A stretch of DNA of 32,000 bases from Candidatus Methanoperedens sp. (lineage in GTDB: Archaea; Halobacteriota; Methanosarcinia; Methanosarcinales; Methanoperedenaceae). Positions 1 to 7,482 of the stretch are shown piece after piece. Under the pieces are notes generated by a model. It was not told the DNA's origin. It did no database searches and saw nothing but the letters and a program-made list of their open reading frames with translations. Where the stretch lies: contig JAPZAR010000011.1 in NCBI GenBank assembly GCA_027460535.1, positions 30,001 through 62,000 of the forward strand, written 5' to 3'. Position 1 is the stretch's first letter. Every line of letters starts with the position of its first letter. The position numbers and the translations under genes were made by a program.

Positions 1-165
1 AAGCGGGCTGAACAATCCCGAAGCGATGTTCTCCACATCCTTCATCAGGTCAACGCTGATCGGACCGCTCTGGTATTCAGAAGCCTGCTCGGTGATCTTT
101 TTTCGTTTCTGTTCGGTTAATGTTCTGCTGATTAACTTTCCGCCATGAGGTTTTATTTGAGTCAT
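1..165 (-). CDS. sat: sulfate adenylyltransferase (ATP sulfurylase), first 55 codons; gene runs off the left edge
   Basis: My translation from ATG at 165-163 on the minus strand gives MTQIKPHGGKLISRTLTEQKRKKITEQASEYQSGPISVDLMKDVENIASGLFSPL. The PHGGKL and G-x-FSPL motifs match ATP sulfurylase N-termini as I recall them. It is absent from the ORF track because it is truncated. Confidence 0.65.
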   Translation of the reverse strand, partial: MTQIKPHGGKLISRTLTEQKRKKITEQASEYQSGPISVDLMKDVENIASGLFSPL

Positions 166-309
166 TGTAATCCCGGATTTTGCGGTCAAATGTAGTTTCT
201 GTTTAATAATTGTTTGCGAAGGGGCAAAATGGATATCTGGATTCGAAATAAACTCAGAGATAATCCCCGGAAGTAAAATTATTACATCACAAGATATTTT
301 CAACCCAAC

Positions 310-540
310 TCATGATTTCAGCAGCCCCTCAACATATTCCAGCGATCTCTGTTGGTGTTTTAACGTCACATTTCCCTTTATCCCATGTTCCATAAGCAGA
401 TACAGCATCTCTCTTCGGCTCACATCTTCCCTCAGGGTTATTTTCCTAAGCTTTGTGCAGATTCACTGCATACTCCCTCAATCCGAGCCTGATAAGTTAT
501 TGCATCGGATTCCTCCACATCTCGCCATCTATTTCTAAAT
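310..540 (-). pseudogene. remnant of a UPF0175-type small antitoxin-like gene; no start codon, one stop/frameshift
   Basis: One minus-strand frame reads ...ARIEGVCSESAQSLGK*. A shifted frame continues LREDVSRREMLYLLMEHGIKGNVTLKHQQRSLEYVEGLLKS*. The pattern SLGK...SRRE..LL.EHGI resembles UPF0175 proteins. Coordinates are approximate. Confidence 0.3.
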
Positions 541-559
541 TGATTAGATTAAAATATCA

Positions 560-583
560 GTACAACCATATGGTACAACCATG
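560..583 (+). promoter_or_regulatory. direct repeat GTACAACCAT x2 (560-569, 573-582) enclosing the 10-bp palindrome ACCATATGGT (565-574); candidate VapB/AbrB operator
   Basis: The repeat is read directly from the sequence. It lies between an A/T box (gattaaaatat, about 546-557) and the vapB ATG at 581. The second copy overlaps the start codon. Confidence 0.35.
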
Positions 584-820
584 CCTTTTACAAAAGTGAG
601 TCATAAGTTCCAGGTGGTAATACCTAAAAGCATACGTGAACTGCTTCGAATATCAAAAGGGGATTTATTGCAGGTCTATGAGAAAGACGATGAGATTGTG
701 ATGAAAAAAGTCGAAACCAGAGAGCCATTATCTCTTAAGAATTTAAAGGGACTTGGCAAGGAAATATGGAAAGATGTCGATGTTGAAGAGTATATTAAAA
801 AGGAGCGGAAGAGTTGGTGA
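581..820 (+). CDS. AbrB/MazE/SpoVT-fold antitoxin (VapB-like)
   Basis: The N-terminus KFQVVIPKSIRELLRISKGDLLQVYEKDDEIVMKKV is a typical swapped-hairpin AbrB-type motif. The stop overlaps the start of the PIN gene. Confidence 0.8.
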   Translation: MPFTKVSHKFQVVIPKSIRELLRISKGDLLQVYEKDDEIVMKKVETREPLSLKNLKGLGKEIWKDVDVEEYIKKERKSW

Positions 821-1236
821 AATATAAACGGATAGGACTTGACACCAATGTGCTGATTTATTATATAGAGGAACATCCTTTTTACCTAAGAAAAATTGAA
901 CCGCTGGTAGACAGGATTTCTGAGGGAAAAGCCATCGGGATAACCTCTTACGTGACGCTCCTTGAATTGCTTGTAAAACCTCTGAGGGAAAAAAGATTCG
1001 ATCTTGTTGAGCAGTATAAAAGAATCCTGGCAGCTCGGCTTGAGATGGTGGCTATGGACGAATCGGTCTCAATAAAAGCTGCTGAACTTCGGGCAAAATA
1101 TGGGATAAGAACACCCGATGCAATCCAGCTGGCATCTGTGATCACAAGAAATGGGGATGTCTTCGTAACCAATGACGAAAGACTGGGCGTTGTGGAGGAA
1201 ATTGAGGTTTTAACTCTCGGGGAAATTCCAGATTGA
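814..1236 (+). CDS. vapC: PIN-domain ribonuclease toxin (VapC)
   Basis: IGLDTNVLIYY, TPDAIQLASV and FVTNDERL supply the conserved acidic PIN residues. The TTG (814) or GTG (817) start overlaps the antitoxin stop. Confidence 0.85.
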   Translation: MVKYKRIGLDTNVLIYYIEEHPFYLRKIEPLVDRISEGKAIGITSYVTLLELLVKPLREKRFDLVEQYKRILAARLEMVAMDESVSIKAAELRAKYGIRTPDAIQLASVITRNGDVFVTNDERLGVVEEIEVLTLGEIPD

Positions 1237-1251
1237 ATACCTCTTTTCGGA

Positions 1252-1980
1252 CTACTTCTTCACATTCCCTGCATGCAGCCCGCATTCTTTCTTGGTGGCA
1301 TCTTCCCACCACCAGCGCCCTTCGCGCTCATGCTGGCCTGGTATCACTGGTTTCGTGCAGGGCTCGCATCCTATGCTGACGAAACCCTTTTCATGGAGCT
1401 TATTGTAGGGAACATCGTTCTCCCTGATATAATCCCAGACCTGTTTTGATGTCCAGTTGGCGAGCGGATTGAATTTCACAAGCTTTCCAGTCCCGAAAGT
1501 GGGGTCCTTCTGGACGACGGGTACATTAGCTCGTGTTCCGGGGCTCTGGTCTTTTCTCTGCCCGGTTATCCAGGCATCAACCGTGTTGAGGGCTCGCTTA
1601 AGAGGATCCACTTTGCGCGCATCGCAGCATTCCTTGTGGCCGTCCTTATAGAATGAGAACAATCCTTTCTCCCTGACCAGCTTCTCGGTCGCATCCCGAT
1701 TTGCAAAAAACACCTCGATATTGACATTGTATCTATTCCTTACGTCTTCGATGAACTGATAAGTCTCAGCATGGAGGCGTCCGGTGTCGAGTGTAAAGAC
1801 CCTGAAATCATTTCTTATCTTTTTTGCCATGTCGATCAGCACCACATCCTCGGCGCCGCTGAATGATATTGCGATGCTCTTGAATTTCCCAAGCGCAAGT
1901 TCCAGGATTTCCTGCGGCGACCTTTTCTCGTATTCTTTTGCTGATTGTTCAATATTAATTTCTGTCATTGTTATCCTCAT
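1252..1980 (-). CDS. cysH: thioredoxin-dependent adenylylsulfate (APS)/PAPS reductase, Fe-S cluster type
   Basis: It carries the catalytic C-terminal ECGLH motif. It also has [10 protein letters not shown] (CCxxRKxxPL) and SIGCEPCT (SxGCxxCT), the cysteine pairs that mark [4Fe-4S] APS reductases versus plain PAPS reductases. An ATGA overlap joins it to the upstream gene at 1977-1980. Confidence 0.85.
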   Translation of the reverse strand: MRITMTEINIEQSAKEYEKRSPQEILELALGKFKSIAISFSGAEDVVLIDMAKKIRNDFRVFTLDTGRLHAETYQFIEDVRNRYNVNIEVFFANRDATEKLVREKGLFSFYKDGHKECCDARKVDPLKRALNTVDAWITGQRKDQSPGTRANVPVVQKDPTFGTGKLVKFNPLANWTSKQVWDYIRENDVPYNKLHEKGFVSIGCEPCTKPVIPGQHEREGRWWWEDATKKECGLHAGNVKK

Positions 1981-2737
1981 CCAAGTATCTCTTTCCCGAA
2001 CCTCTCGAGCCCCACTCGTTCAAGGCAGTCCCCGAACCTTTCCCCGACATTTGTATTTTTCTTTGACCACTCTATTATTTTCCTGAATATAGCGACCGCC
2101 TCTTCAGGGGATTTCGCGTCTGTTAATTCTTTTCCGAGTTTCGGGTGTTTCCCTATCATCCCGCCGACAAAGAGTCTATACCCTTTCCATTCCTCTGTAA
2201 TGAGATCCGACGGGCAGGCTCCGATGCAAGCGCCGCACAGGTTGCATTTGTCCCAGAGTATCTTCGCTTTATCGTCTTCCAGGACGATGGCTTTCTCGGG
2301 GCACATGAATGTGCAGGTCCCGCAGCCTGTGCACTCACCGGTATTGATGGCGGGTTTGAGTATCCCCATTACCCCAAGGTCGTTCTCTTGCGGCTTGGCG
2401 CAGGCGTTAGGGCATCCCGTCACGGCAAATTTTATCTTTACAGGCATGTCCTCGCCAAAGAATTCCTTATCCAGTATTCCTGCCAGTCCGTATGTATCTA
2501 TGATCCCGTAATTACATTCAAGATTTCCCGGGCATGAAATGATATTGCGCACACGCGGCCCGCTATATGGATGTATCCTGTCCCATATTTTTGGGTGATC
2601 CGGCTTATCCCGGAAAGCTGGTCGCAGGTGACATTGCCGCAGGGCATGCGCAGCCTGACCACGAACAGGTCTTTCTGGCGCTGTTTCATGTAACCGGATT
2701 TTTTTAAAGTCGCTACGTCAAGTTTTTCAAGGCTCAT
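1977..2737 (-). pseudogene. small Dsr-like/assimilatory-type sulfite reductase with inserted 2x[4Fe-4S] ferredoxin domain, split into two frames
   Basis: ORF 2498-2737 gives FVVRLRMPCGNVTCDQL...YGTGYIHI, the NIR_SIR ferredoxin-like half domain. ORF 1977-2552 gives RNIISCPGNLEC (C-x5-C) and TGCPNAC (C-x3-C), plus CTGCGTCTFMCP and CNLCGACIGACP. The two parts lie in different frames and join around 2545-2570. Confidence 0.7.
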
Positions 2738-2855
2738 GATGCTCCTCGATATTCGGGATGATATTTATACAATTCTGGAGCATGAATAGTTAAAGTTTAA
2801 ATATACCTGATGAATGAGGCAATATTTGTTAATAAAACAGCACATTATTTATCTG

Positions 2856-2867
2856 ATTATCGATAAT
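2856..2867. promoter_or_regulatory. perfect 12-bp palindrome ATTATCGATAAT about 30 nt upstream of the 2899 start
   Basis: It is read directly from the sequence. It lies in the divergent intergenic region between the sulfite reductase-like gene and the OCD-family gene. Function is unknown. Confidence 0.2.
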
Positions 2868-2898
2868 ACATAATCAGGACTACAGCAGGGGGAAAAGT

Positions 2899-3885
2899 AT
2901 GGAAAATCAGATTCTCTGGCTCAACAGGAAAGAAGTGGAATCGCTCCTCGATATGAAAGGTGCTATTAAGGTAGTAGAAGAGGCATTCCGGCAGCACGGC
3001 CTCAAGAAAGTACAGATGCCTCCGAAGCTGTATCTTTATTTCAAAAAGCACAACGGTGACCTGAGAACGATGCCTGCTTATCTTGAAGAGCAGGATATCA
3101 CCGGGGTTAAGATAGTGAACGTTCATCCGGATAATCCCAAAAAAGGTCTTCCTACGGTGATGGCGCTTGTTGTCCTGAATTCAACAGAGACAGGTGCGCC
3201 CATTGCAGTAATGGACGGGACTTATCTGACGAATATGCGGACAGGAGCAGCTGGCGGCGTTGCAGTGAGATATCTTGCACGCAAGAATGCGAAAACAGTG
3301 GGTTTTGTGGGTACGGGGAACCAGGCAGTTACCCAGCTTATGGGAATCAATGAAGTTATTGATATCGAGGAAATAAAAGCCACAAGCGCCTCGGAGAAAA
3401 GTACGCTTGCGTTCAAAAAGGAAATGGAAAAAAAAGCAGGCTGTGATATAATCCCCAAGAAAAGCATCGAGGATGTCTGCGACTGCGATATCATAGTAAC
3501 GACAACGCCATCAAGAGAGCCCATAGTTATGAACGAGTGGATATCGGAAGGCACACATATCAATGCAATAGGCGCCGATGCTCCAGGAAAGGAGGAGCTT
3601 GACCCGAATATCTTGAAGCGCGCCAGAGTAGTTGTGGATGATATTCCCCAGGCTTCGCATTCAGGGGAGGTCAACGTGCCCATATCAAAGGGACTACTCT
3701 CTGAAAAGGATATCTGCTGCGAGCTTGGAGAGGTGATCGCAGGAAAGAAAAAAGCCAGGACAAAAGATTCCGACATCACTGTTTTTGATTCAACCGGGCT
3801 TGCGATCCAGGATGTTGCGACTGCGGATATGGTGTATCAGAAAGCGCTTGAGAAAAAGATCGGGATAAAGTTGCAGCAGTTCTAA
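2899..3885 (+). CDS. ornithine cyclodeaminase/mu-crystallin family enzyme (archaeal alanine dehydrogenase-like)
   Basis: 328 aa. It has MPAYL...GVKIVNVHPDNP, TNMRTGAAGGVA and the Rossmann motif VGFVGTGNQA, all typical of the OCD_Mu_crystallin family. Confidence 0.8.
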   Translation: MENQILWLNRKEVESLLDMKGAIKVVEEAFRQHGLKKVQMPPKLYLYFKKHNGDLRTMPAYLEEQDITGVKIVNVHPDNPKKGLPTVMALVVLNSTETGAPIAVMDGTYLTNMRTGAAGGVAVRYLARKNAKTVGFVGTGNQAVTQLMGINEVIDIEEIKATSASEKSTLAFKKEMEKKAGCDIIPKKSIEDVCDCDIIVTTTPSREPIVMNEWISEGTHINAIGADAPGKEELDPNILKRARVVVDDIPQASHSGEVNVPISKGLLSEKDICCELGEVIAGKKKARTKDSDITVFDSTGLAIQDVATADMVYQKALEKKIGIKLQQF

Positions 3886-3997
3886 AAATTAACCTCCGAT
3901 AAAATCTCTGACATTACCACAAACTTTATTATTGAATAATTGGTTAAATAATTAAATATTTTAACACTTCACGAAGCCCTTTTAGATAGGAGATGCA

Positions 3998-4270
3998 ATG
4001 AGAATTCGATTTATACTGACCGATTATGTAAATCAGCTTATGGCGAAAGCTGTCTATGATAAACTAGAAGATGGTACATTTAGCGGGCGGATTCCTTCAT
4101 GCAAAGGTGTAGTGGCTCTTGGCTCGACATTGCGTAATTGTGAAGAAGAGTTGCACTCAACTCTTGAAGATTGGATTCTGGTCGGTCTGAAATTGGGTCA
4201 TCCTTTGCCAGTAATAGCAAAAATTAATCTGAATACTACCCCTACTTATGAGCAAGTGGAAGCCGTGTAA
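3998..4270 (+). CDS. hicB: HicB-family antitoxin (UPF0150-like)
   Basis: EDGTFSGRIPSCKGVVALGSTLRNCEEELHSTLEDWI fits the HicB N-terminal fold pattern. It overlaps the next gene by 23 nt. Confidence 0.65.
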   Translation: MRIRFILTDYVNQLMAKAVYDKLEDGTFSGRIPSCKGVVALGSTLRNCEEELHSTLEDWILVGLKLGHPLPVIAKINLNTTPTYEQVEAV

Positions 4271-4478
4271 GCGACGAGAGTTCATCAAACGGTTGCGGAA
4301 ACTTGGCTTTGAGGGTCCGTATTCCGGCACCCGTCACCAGTTTATGATATATGAGCAGCATCGTATGGCGATTCCTTCCAATGCTGAATACTCAGTACCT
4401 CAACTCAGGTTTATGATACGAGAGTTAGAGGACATTATAGGTCATTTGGTAACAGCGGATGAGTGGCACAAATTGTAA
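4248..4478 (+). CDS. hicA: HicA/YcfA-family mRNA interferase toxin
   Basis: KRREFIKRLRKLGFEGPYSGTRHQFMIY...MAIPSN resembles the HicA dsRBD-like fold with its conserved His. Confidence 0.65.
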   Translation: MSKWKPCKRREFIKRLRKLGFEGPYSGTRHQFMIYEQHRMAIPSNAEYSVPQLRFMIRELEDIIGHLVTADEWHKL

Positions 4479-4661
4479 CGAAATCCCTGAGATCAAAGAT
4501 AATCCCTGCTCTTCAGTTCTTCTTTATCTTTAAAGCCTACGATAGAGTAACATACTGTTCAGTTTGCGTATTCAAATTGCGATTTATGTGAATCCTTTGG
4601 ATTTTGCGAAAAGCTCAATCGTTGGCGACGTTTTACGCCAATCTATTCTTATCCGCACTTC

Positions 4662-5402
4662 CTAAAAGTCAAATATCTCTTTTGCTTTTTTCCAGTTCTT
4701 CTTCAGTATAGGTTTACTAACGCTTGTCTCACCGTTTGATGGTTCACCAGAGAAATGACAAAACTTTTCTGGATAGTCAGGATCTCCAAATTGACTCCAA
4801 ACTTTAAATGCTTCATAGCTCATCGGTTTTTCAACGTTGAAAGGAATTTCCACTCCTGTTCTGATGCAATAACCTGTTTGTTTGTTATTGTGTTTTCTAT
4901 TTTCAGCTTTTGGAAATGATTGTTGTTTAGTTGTTTCTGGTTTTTTATTCTCAACCTTTTGAACGGAGATTGTTCTGTGTTCACTACCCCTTTTTATTCT
5001 GTCAACTTCTTTCGCAACTTGATTGTAAAGGTCTTCATCTTTTTCCTTTGAAATATAAATTCCCATTTCAACATTGTTCTGCTGTGAAAACATATACAAG
5101 TTCATTGAGGTAATTATCGCTTCTTTTTCATTGAAATAACATTTAGCATGAAGGTCTTTGTGAAACATCAGCTTGATTCCAGGCATGGATTGTAACCAAG
5201 CGCTGTCGTCCGGATTTATGTCTGTTACTTTTCCGTAAATAATAATTATGTCTATGGAAAATTTATGTCTGTCCTCTAAAGACAATTTAAGTTGATTGTT
5301 CAATTGCAAATATGGACTGATTAAATACAACTTGTCATTTGAGTTGTTGATGAGTTTCTTTAAGTAGTAGGAAACTCCTTGTGTGTCTAAAAATTCGGCC
5401 AT
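4662..5402 (-). CDS. single-HKD phospholipase D/Nuc-like nuclease with a Lys-rich linker and a about 75-aa C-terminal ribbon-like module
   Basis: HAKCYFNEKEAIITSMNL matches HxK...(G/T)SxN. The C-terminus holds two similar half-units, YCIRTG...EKPMSYEAFKVW and FCHFSG...SKPILKKNWKK. The coding sequence looks AT-rich by eye. Confidence 0.7.
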   Translation of the reverse strand: MAEFLDTQGVSYYLKKLINNSNDKLYLISPYLQLNNQLKLSLEDRHKFSIDIIIIYGKVTDINPDDSAWLQSMPGIKLMFHKDLHAKCYFNEKEAIITSMNLYMFSQQNNVEMGIYISKEKDEDLYNQVAKEVDRIKRGSEHRTISVQKVENKKPETTKQQSFPKAENRKHNNKQTGYCIRTGVEIPFNVEKPMSYEAFKVWSQFGDPDYPEKFCHFSGEPSNGETSVSKPILKKNWKKAKEIFDF

Positions 5403-5447
5403 AGTTATTTAGTTTTATTTTGGTTTTTGTGGCTAAAAATTGCTTCA

Positions 5448-5669
5448 TCAGTATATATCTTTGTTGTTTTTGAATTTTTTATTACCACGTAGTCTCCTGA
5501 ATATGGCATAAGCCAGTGCCACCGAAACTTCATGCGATCCCCCGACTGAATTTTGTAAAATATCATCCCATAGAACCTGAGAAAAGCCATCGAGTTTCCT
5601 GCTCCAATCCCCCATATACATGGGCTTTCCCCCGCTTTCGCTTGCACGGATCTCGTGAATTCGTTCCAC
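5448..5669 (-). pseudogene. C-terminal remnant of a RhuM-family gene
   Basis: KPMYMGDWSRKLDGFSQVLWDDILQNSVGGSHEVSVALAYAIFRRLR resembles the RhuM C-terminus (..M..DW..KLDAFL.....IL...G.IS.EVA.ALA..EY..FR). The rest of the gene is absent. It overlaps a second frame (5405-5677). Confidence 0.45.
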
Positions 5670-5679
5670 TCACTCATTT

Positions 5680-6055
5680 CCTGCCATCCTTATTCCGTCT
5701 AATCTTTTTTGTTCTGAAATCAGGCGGTAATGGCTCCATGTTAATTCTCTACGCAGTGTGTAGAGAATTTCACTTCCAGGGAATGGTGAGATAAAACTGC
5801 CTGAAATTCCAGATGTTTACTTCTGTGAACCCCGTCCAAATTCAGCAGAGAGTTGTTTTGAAAGTTCCTTGATAAGCTGTTTGCCATATTCTGCGCGGGC
5901 TTCTCCATGCTGCTCTTCATCAACTATCCGTTTGTCGATCCGCCAGTACGCCTCTACCATAACAAGTTCACGGCAGTATATGCCTTCAGCCTTGCCTGTT
6001 GAAGAATTGCTCTTATATCGTTAAAAAACGGTTTACTCGGATGCATATCTGCCAT
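5680..6055 (-). pseudogene. N-terminal remnant of a DUF1016/YhcG-type (PDDEXK nuclease family) gene with several frame breaks
   Basis: My minus-strand translation from ATG 6055 gives MADMHPSKPFFNDIRAILQQARLKAYTAVNLLW*. A shift then gives VMVEAYWRIDKRIVDEEQHGEARAEYGKQLIKELSKQLSAEFGRGSQK*. A further shift gives ...FRQFYLTIP... and ILYTLRRELTWSHYRLISEQ. This is collinear with DUF1016 N-termini as I recall them. Confidence 0.5.
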
Positions 6056-6144
6056 AGTTATTCTTTTCTTTGCTTTTGTCGATATATATTTTTCACAATT
6101 CTATGAAAGTCAGATTCAAAGCGTTATTCAGCCCTACACAGTTG

Positions 6145-6495
6145 TTAAACATCCTCAATGAAAATCACTTTCACAGATTCCGTTATGACCCTGCCTTTAT
6201 GTTTATGCTCTGCCCCATCCGGGATAAATACACCGTCTCCTTTTTTGTATATTATTTTTCCATTAGGATATTCAATTTCCATTTCGCCTTCAAGGATCAT
6301 ACCATAGTGACCTTTTTCGCACCAGTGTGGCGGCATTTCTTTTGTATATTCTATAAGCCGCATTTGTTTGTTGTTATGATTATATTTTTTATATTTCACT
6401 CCTTCTATTGGAGATTCCCATTCGATATTATTAAAGTTGATCTTATATTGAAGCATATCTACGCCACCATGTGCTATCTTCTCCCACCCAACCAT
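6145..6495 (-). CDS. cupin-domain protein
   Basis: MRLIEYTKEMPPHWCEKGHYGMILEGEMEIEY...GDGVFIPDGAEHKH fits the two cupin motifs. The sequence is AT-rich. Confidence 0.6.
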   Translation of the reverse strand: MVGWEKIAHGGVDMLQYKINFNNIEWESPIEGVKYKKYNHNNKQMRLIEYTKEMPPHWCEKGHYGMILEGEMEIEYPNGKIIYKKGDGVFIPDGAEHKHKGRVITESVKVIFIEDV

Positions 6496-6561
6496 ATATT
6501 ATCTTTAACCAAAACCTTTAATTTTCAATAATAACACTAACCGATTAGGAGAGAAAAAATC

Positions 6562-6777
6562 ATGGTAGTTAAAAAATATTCAAGTAAAGCGGGTTTCTCG
6601 ATCGAAGTGGATGAGGACAAATGTATCGGGGCTGGGGAGTGCGTGAACGTGTGCCCGACCAATGTCTATGACCTCACAGAAGGCAAGGCCCATGCGAACC
6701 GCGTGGATGATTGCATTGAATGCTGTGCTTGTGTGGACGCATGCCCCACAAAGGCAATTAAGCACAGTTCATGCTAG
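6562..6777 (+). CDS. 2x[4Fe-4S] ferredoxin
   Basis: It has the cluster motifs CIGAGECVNVCP and CIECCACVDACP in a 71-aa protein. Confidence 0.85.
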   Translation: MVVKKYSSKAGFSIEVDEDKCIGAGECVNVCPTNVYDLTEGKAHANRVDDCIECCACVDACPTKAIKHSSC

Positions 6778-7451
6778 AGGCCAAGCCTGAGCCGGAGACC
6801 AAGCACTTGGGGAAGAGGCGTTGAAATGATATCACCAATCACTTTTTCGATGTCATAACTCGTCCTGTGCAGGTGCGCTTTTCCAGAATCCGTATCTAAA
6901 ATAGCGAATGCTGCATCTGGATTTTCATCCCTCGGCTGGCCTACTGAACCCGGGTTTATGACCATCCCCGAAGGATATTCTTTTTTAAACTGGACATGAG
7001 TATGACCCAAAACCAGAACATCGCAATCTAAATTTGAAAGAAGCTCAGGATTTGCGTTTTCCGGATAAATATATTCATCGAAGTCCGTCGGGCTTCCATG
7101 CACAATGGATATTCTGCTTCCTCCTGGAGAAACGAATTCCACATTTCTTAGTGACTGAATGTAACAGAAATTATCGGAATATATGACATCTGCAGTCCAA
7201 ATAAGAGCTATAGCAGCATATGGATTGAATCCGGAAGTATCACCCGTAATCAATGCTCTGTCATGGTTCCCGAGAATGGAAATTATATTTTTCTTTTTGA
7301 ATAATTCGATTGTCTCATTTGGGTATGGATTATAGCCAATGACATCGCCAGCATGCAATATCTTTTCTACGCCCATATCATCGAGGGCTGAAAGCACGGC
7401 TTTTAATGCGACTGCATTGGAATGAACATCCGCTATCAAGCCGACAAGCAC
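6774..7451 (-). CDS. calcineurin-like metallophosphoesterase (YfcE/MJ0936 type)
   Basis: It has the motifs IADVHSN, HAGDVIGY, LGNHD, VLGHTH and NPGSVGQPR. Confidence 0.85.
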   Translation of the reverse strand: MLVGLIADVHSNAVALKAVLSALDDMGVEKILHAGDVIGYNPYPNETIELFKKKNIISILGNHDRALITGDTSGFNPYAAIALIWTADVIYSDNFCYIQSLRNVEFVSPGGSRISIVHGSPTDFDEYIYPENANPELLSNLDCDVLVLGHTHVQFKKEYPSGMVINPGSVGQPRDENPDAAFAILDTDSGKAHLHRTSYDIEKVIGDIISTPLPQVLGLRLRLGL

Positions 7452-7482
7452 AATACTAAATATACATTGGTTTCACAAATAG

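Noticed and set aside
1945-2511. 188-aa plus-strand ORF, together with 2145-2537 and 1784-2086
   Set aside because: These ORFs are antisense to the cysH and sulfite reductase-like genes, which carry strong motifs. Their products are Ser/Pro/Phe-rich and low-complexity, so they are shadow ORFs.
3222-3779. 185-aa minus-strand ORF
   Set aside because: It lies entirely antisense to the well-supported OCD-family gene. Its composition is Ser/Phe/Thr-rich with no motifs.
4482-4508. 8-nt direct repeat AATCCCTG x2 downstream of hicA, considered as a possible att site
   Set aside because: It is too short to be significant, and I found no matching copy at the other edge of the AT-rich patch.
6070-6531. 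153-aa plus-strand ORF
   Set aside because: It is antisense to the cupin gene. Its Phe/Ile/Tyr-rich product is typical of an AT-rich antisense frame.
6774-6777. Convergent genes sharing a CTAG, with stop codons of both strands overlapping; also a 24-nt convergent overlap at 25671-25694
   Set aside because: This is ordinary compact-genome architecture. There is no evidence of regulatory significance.
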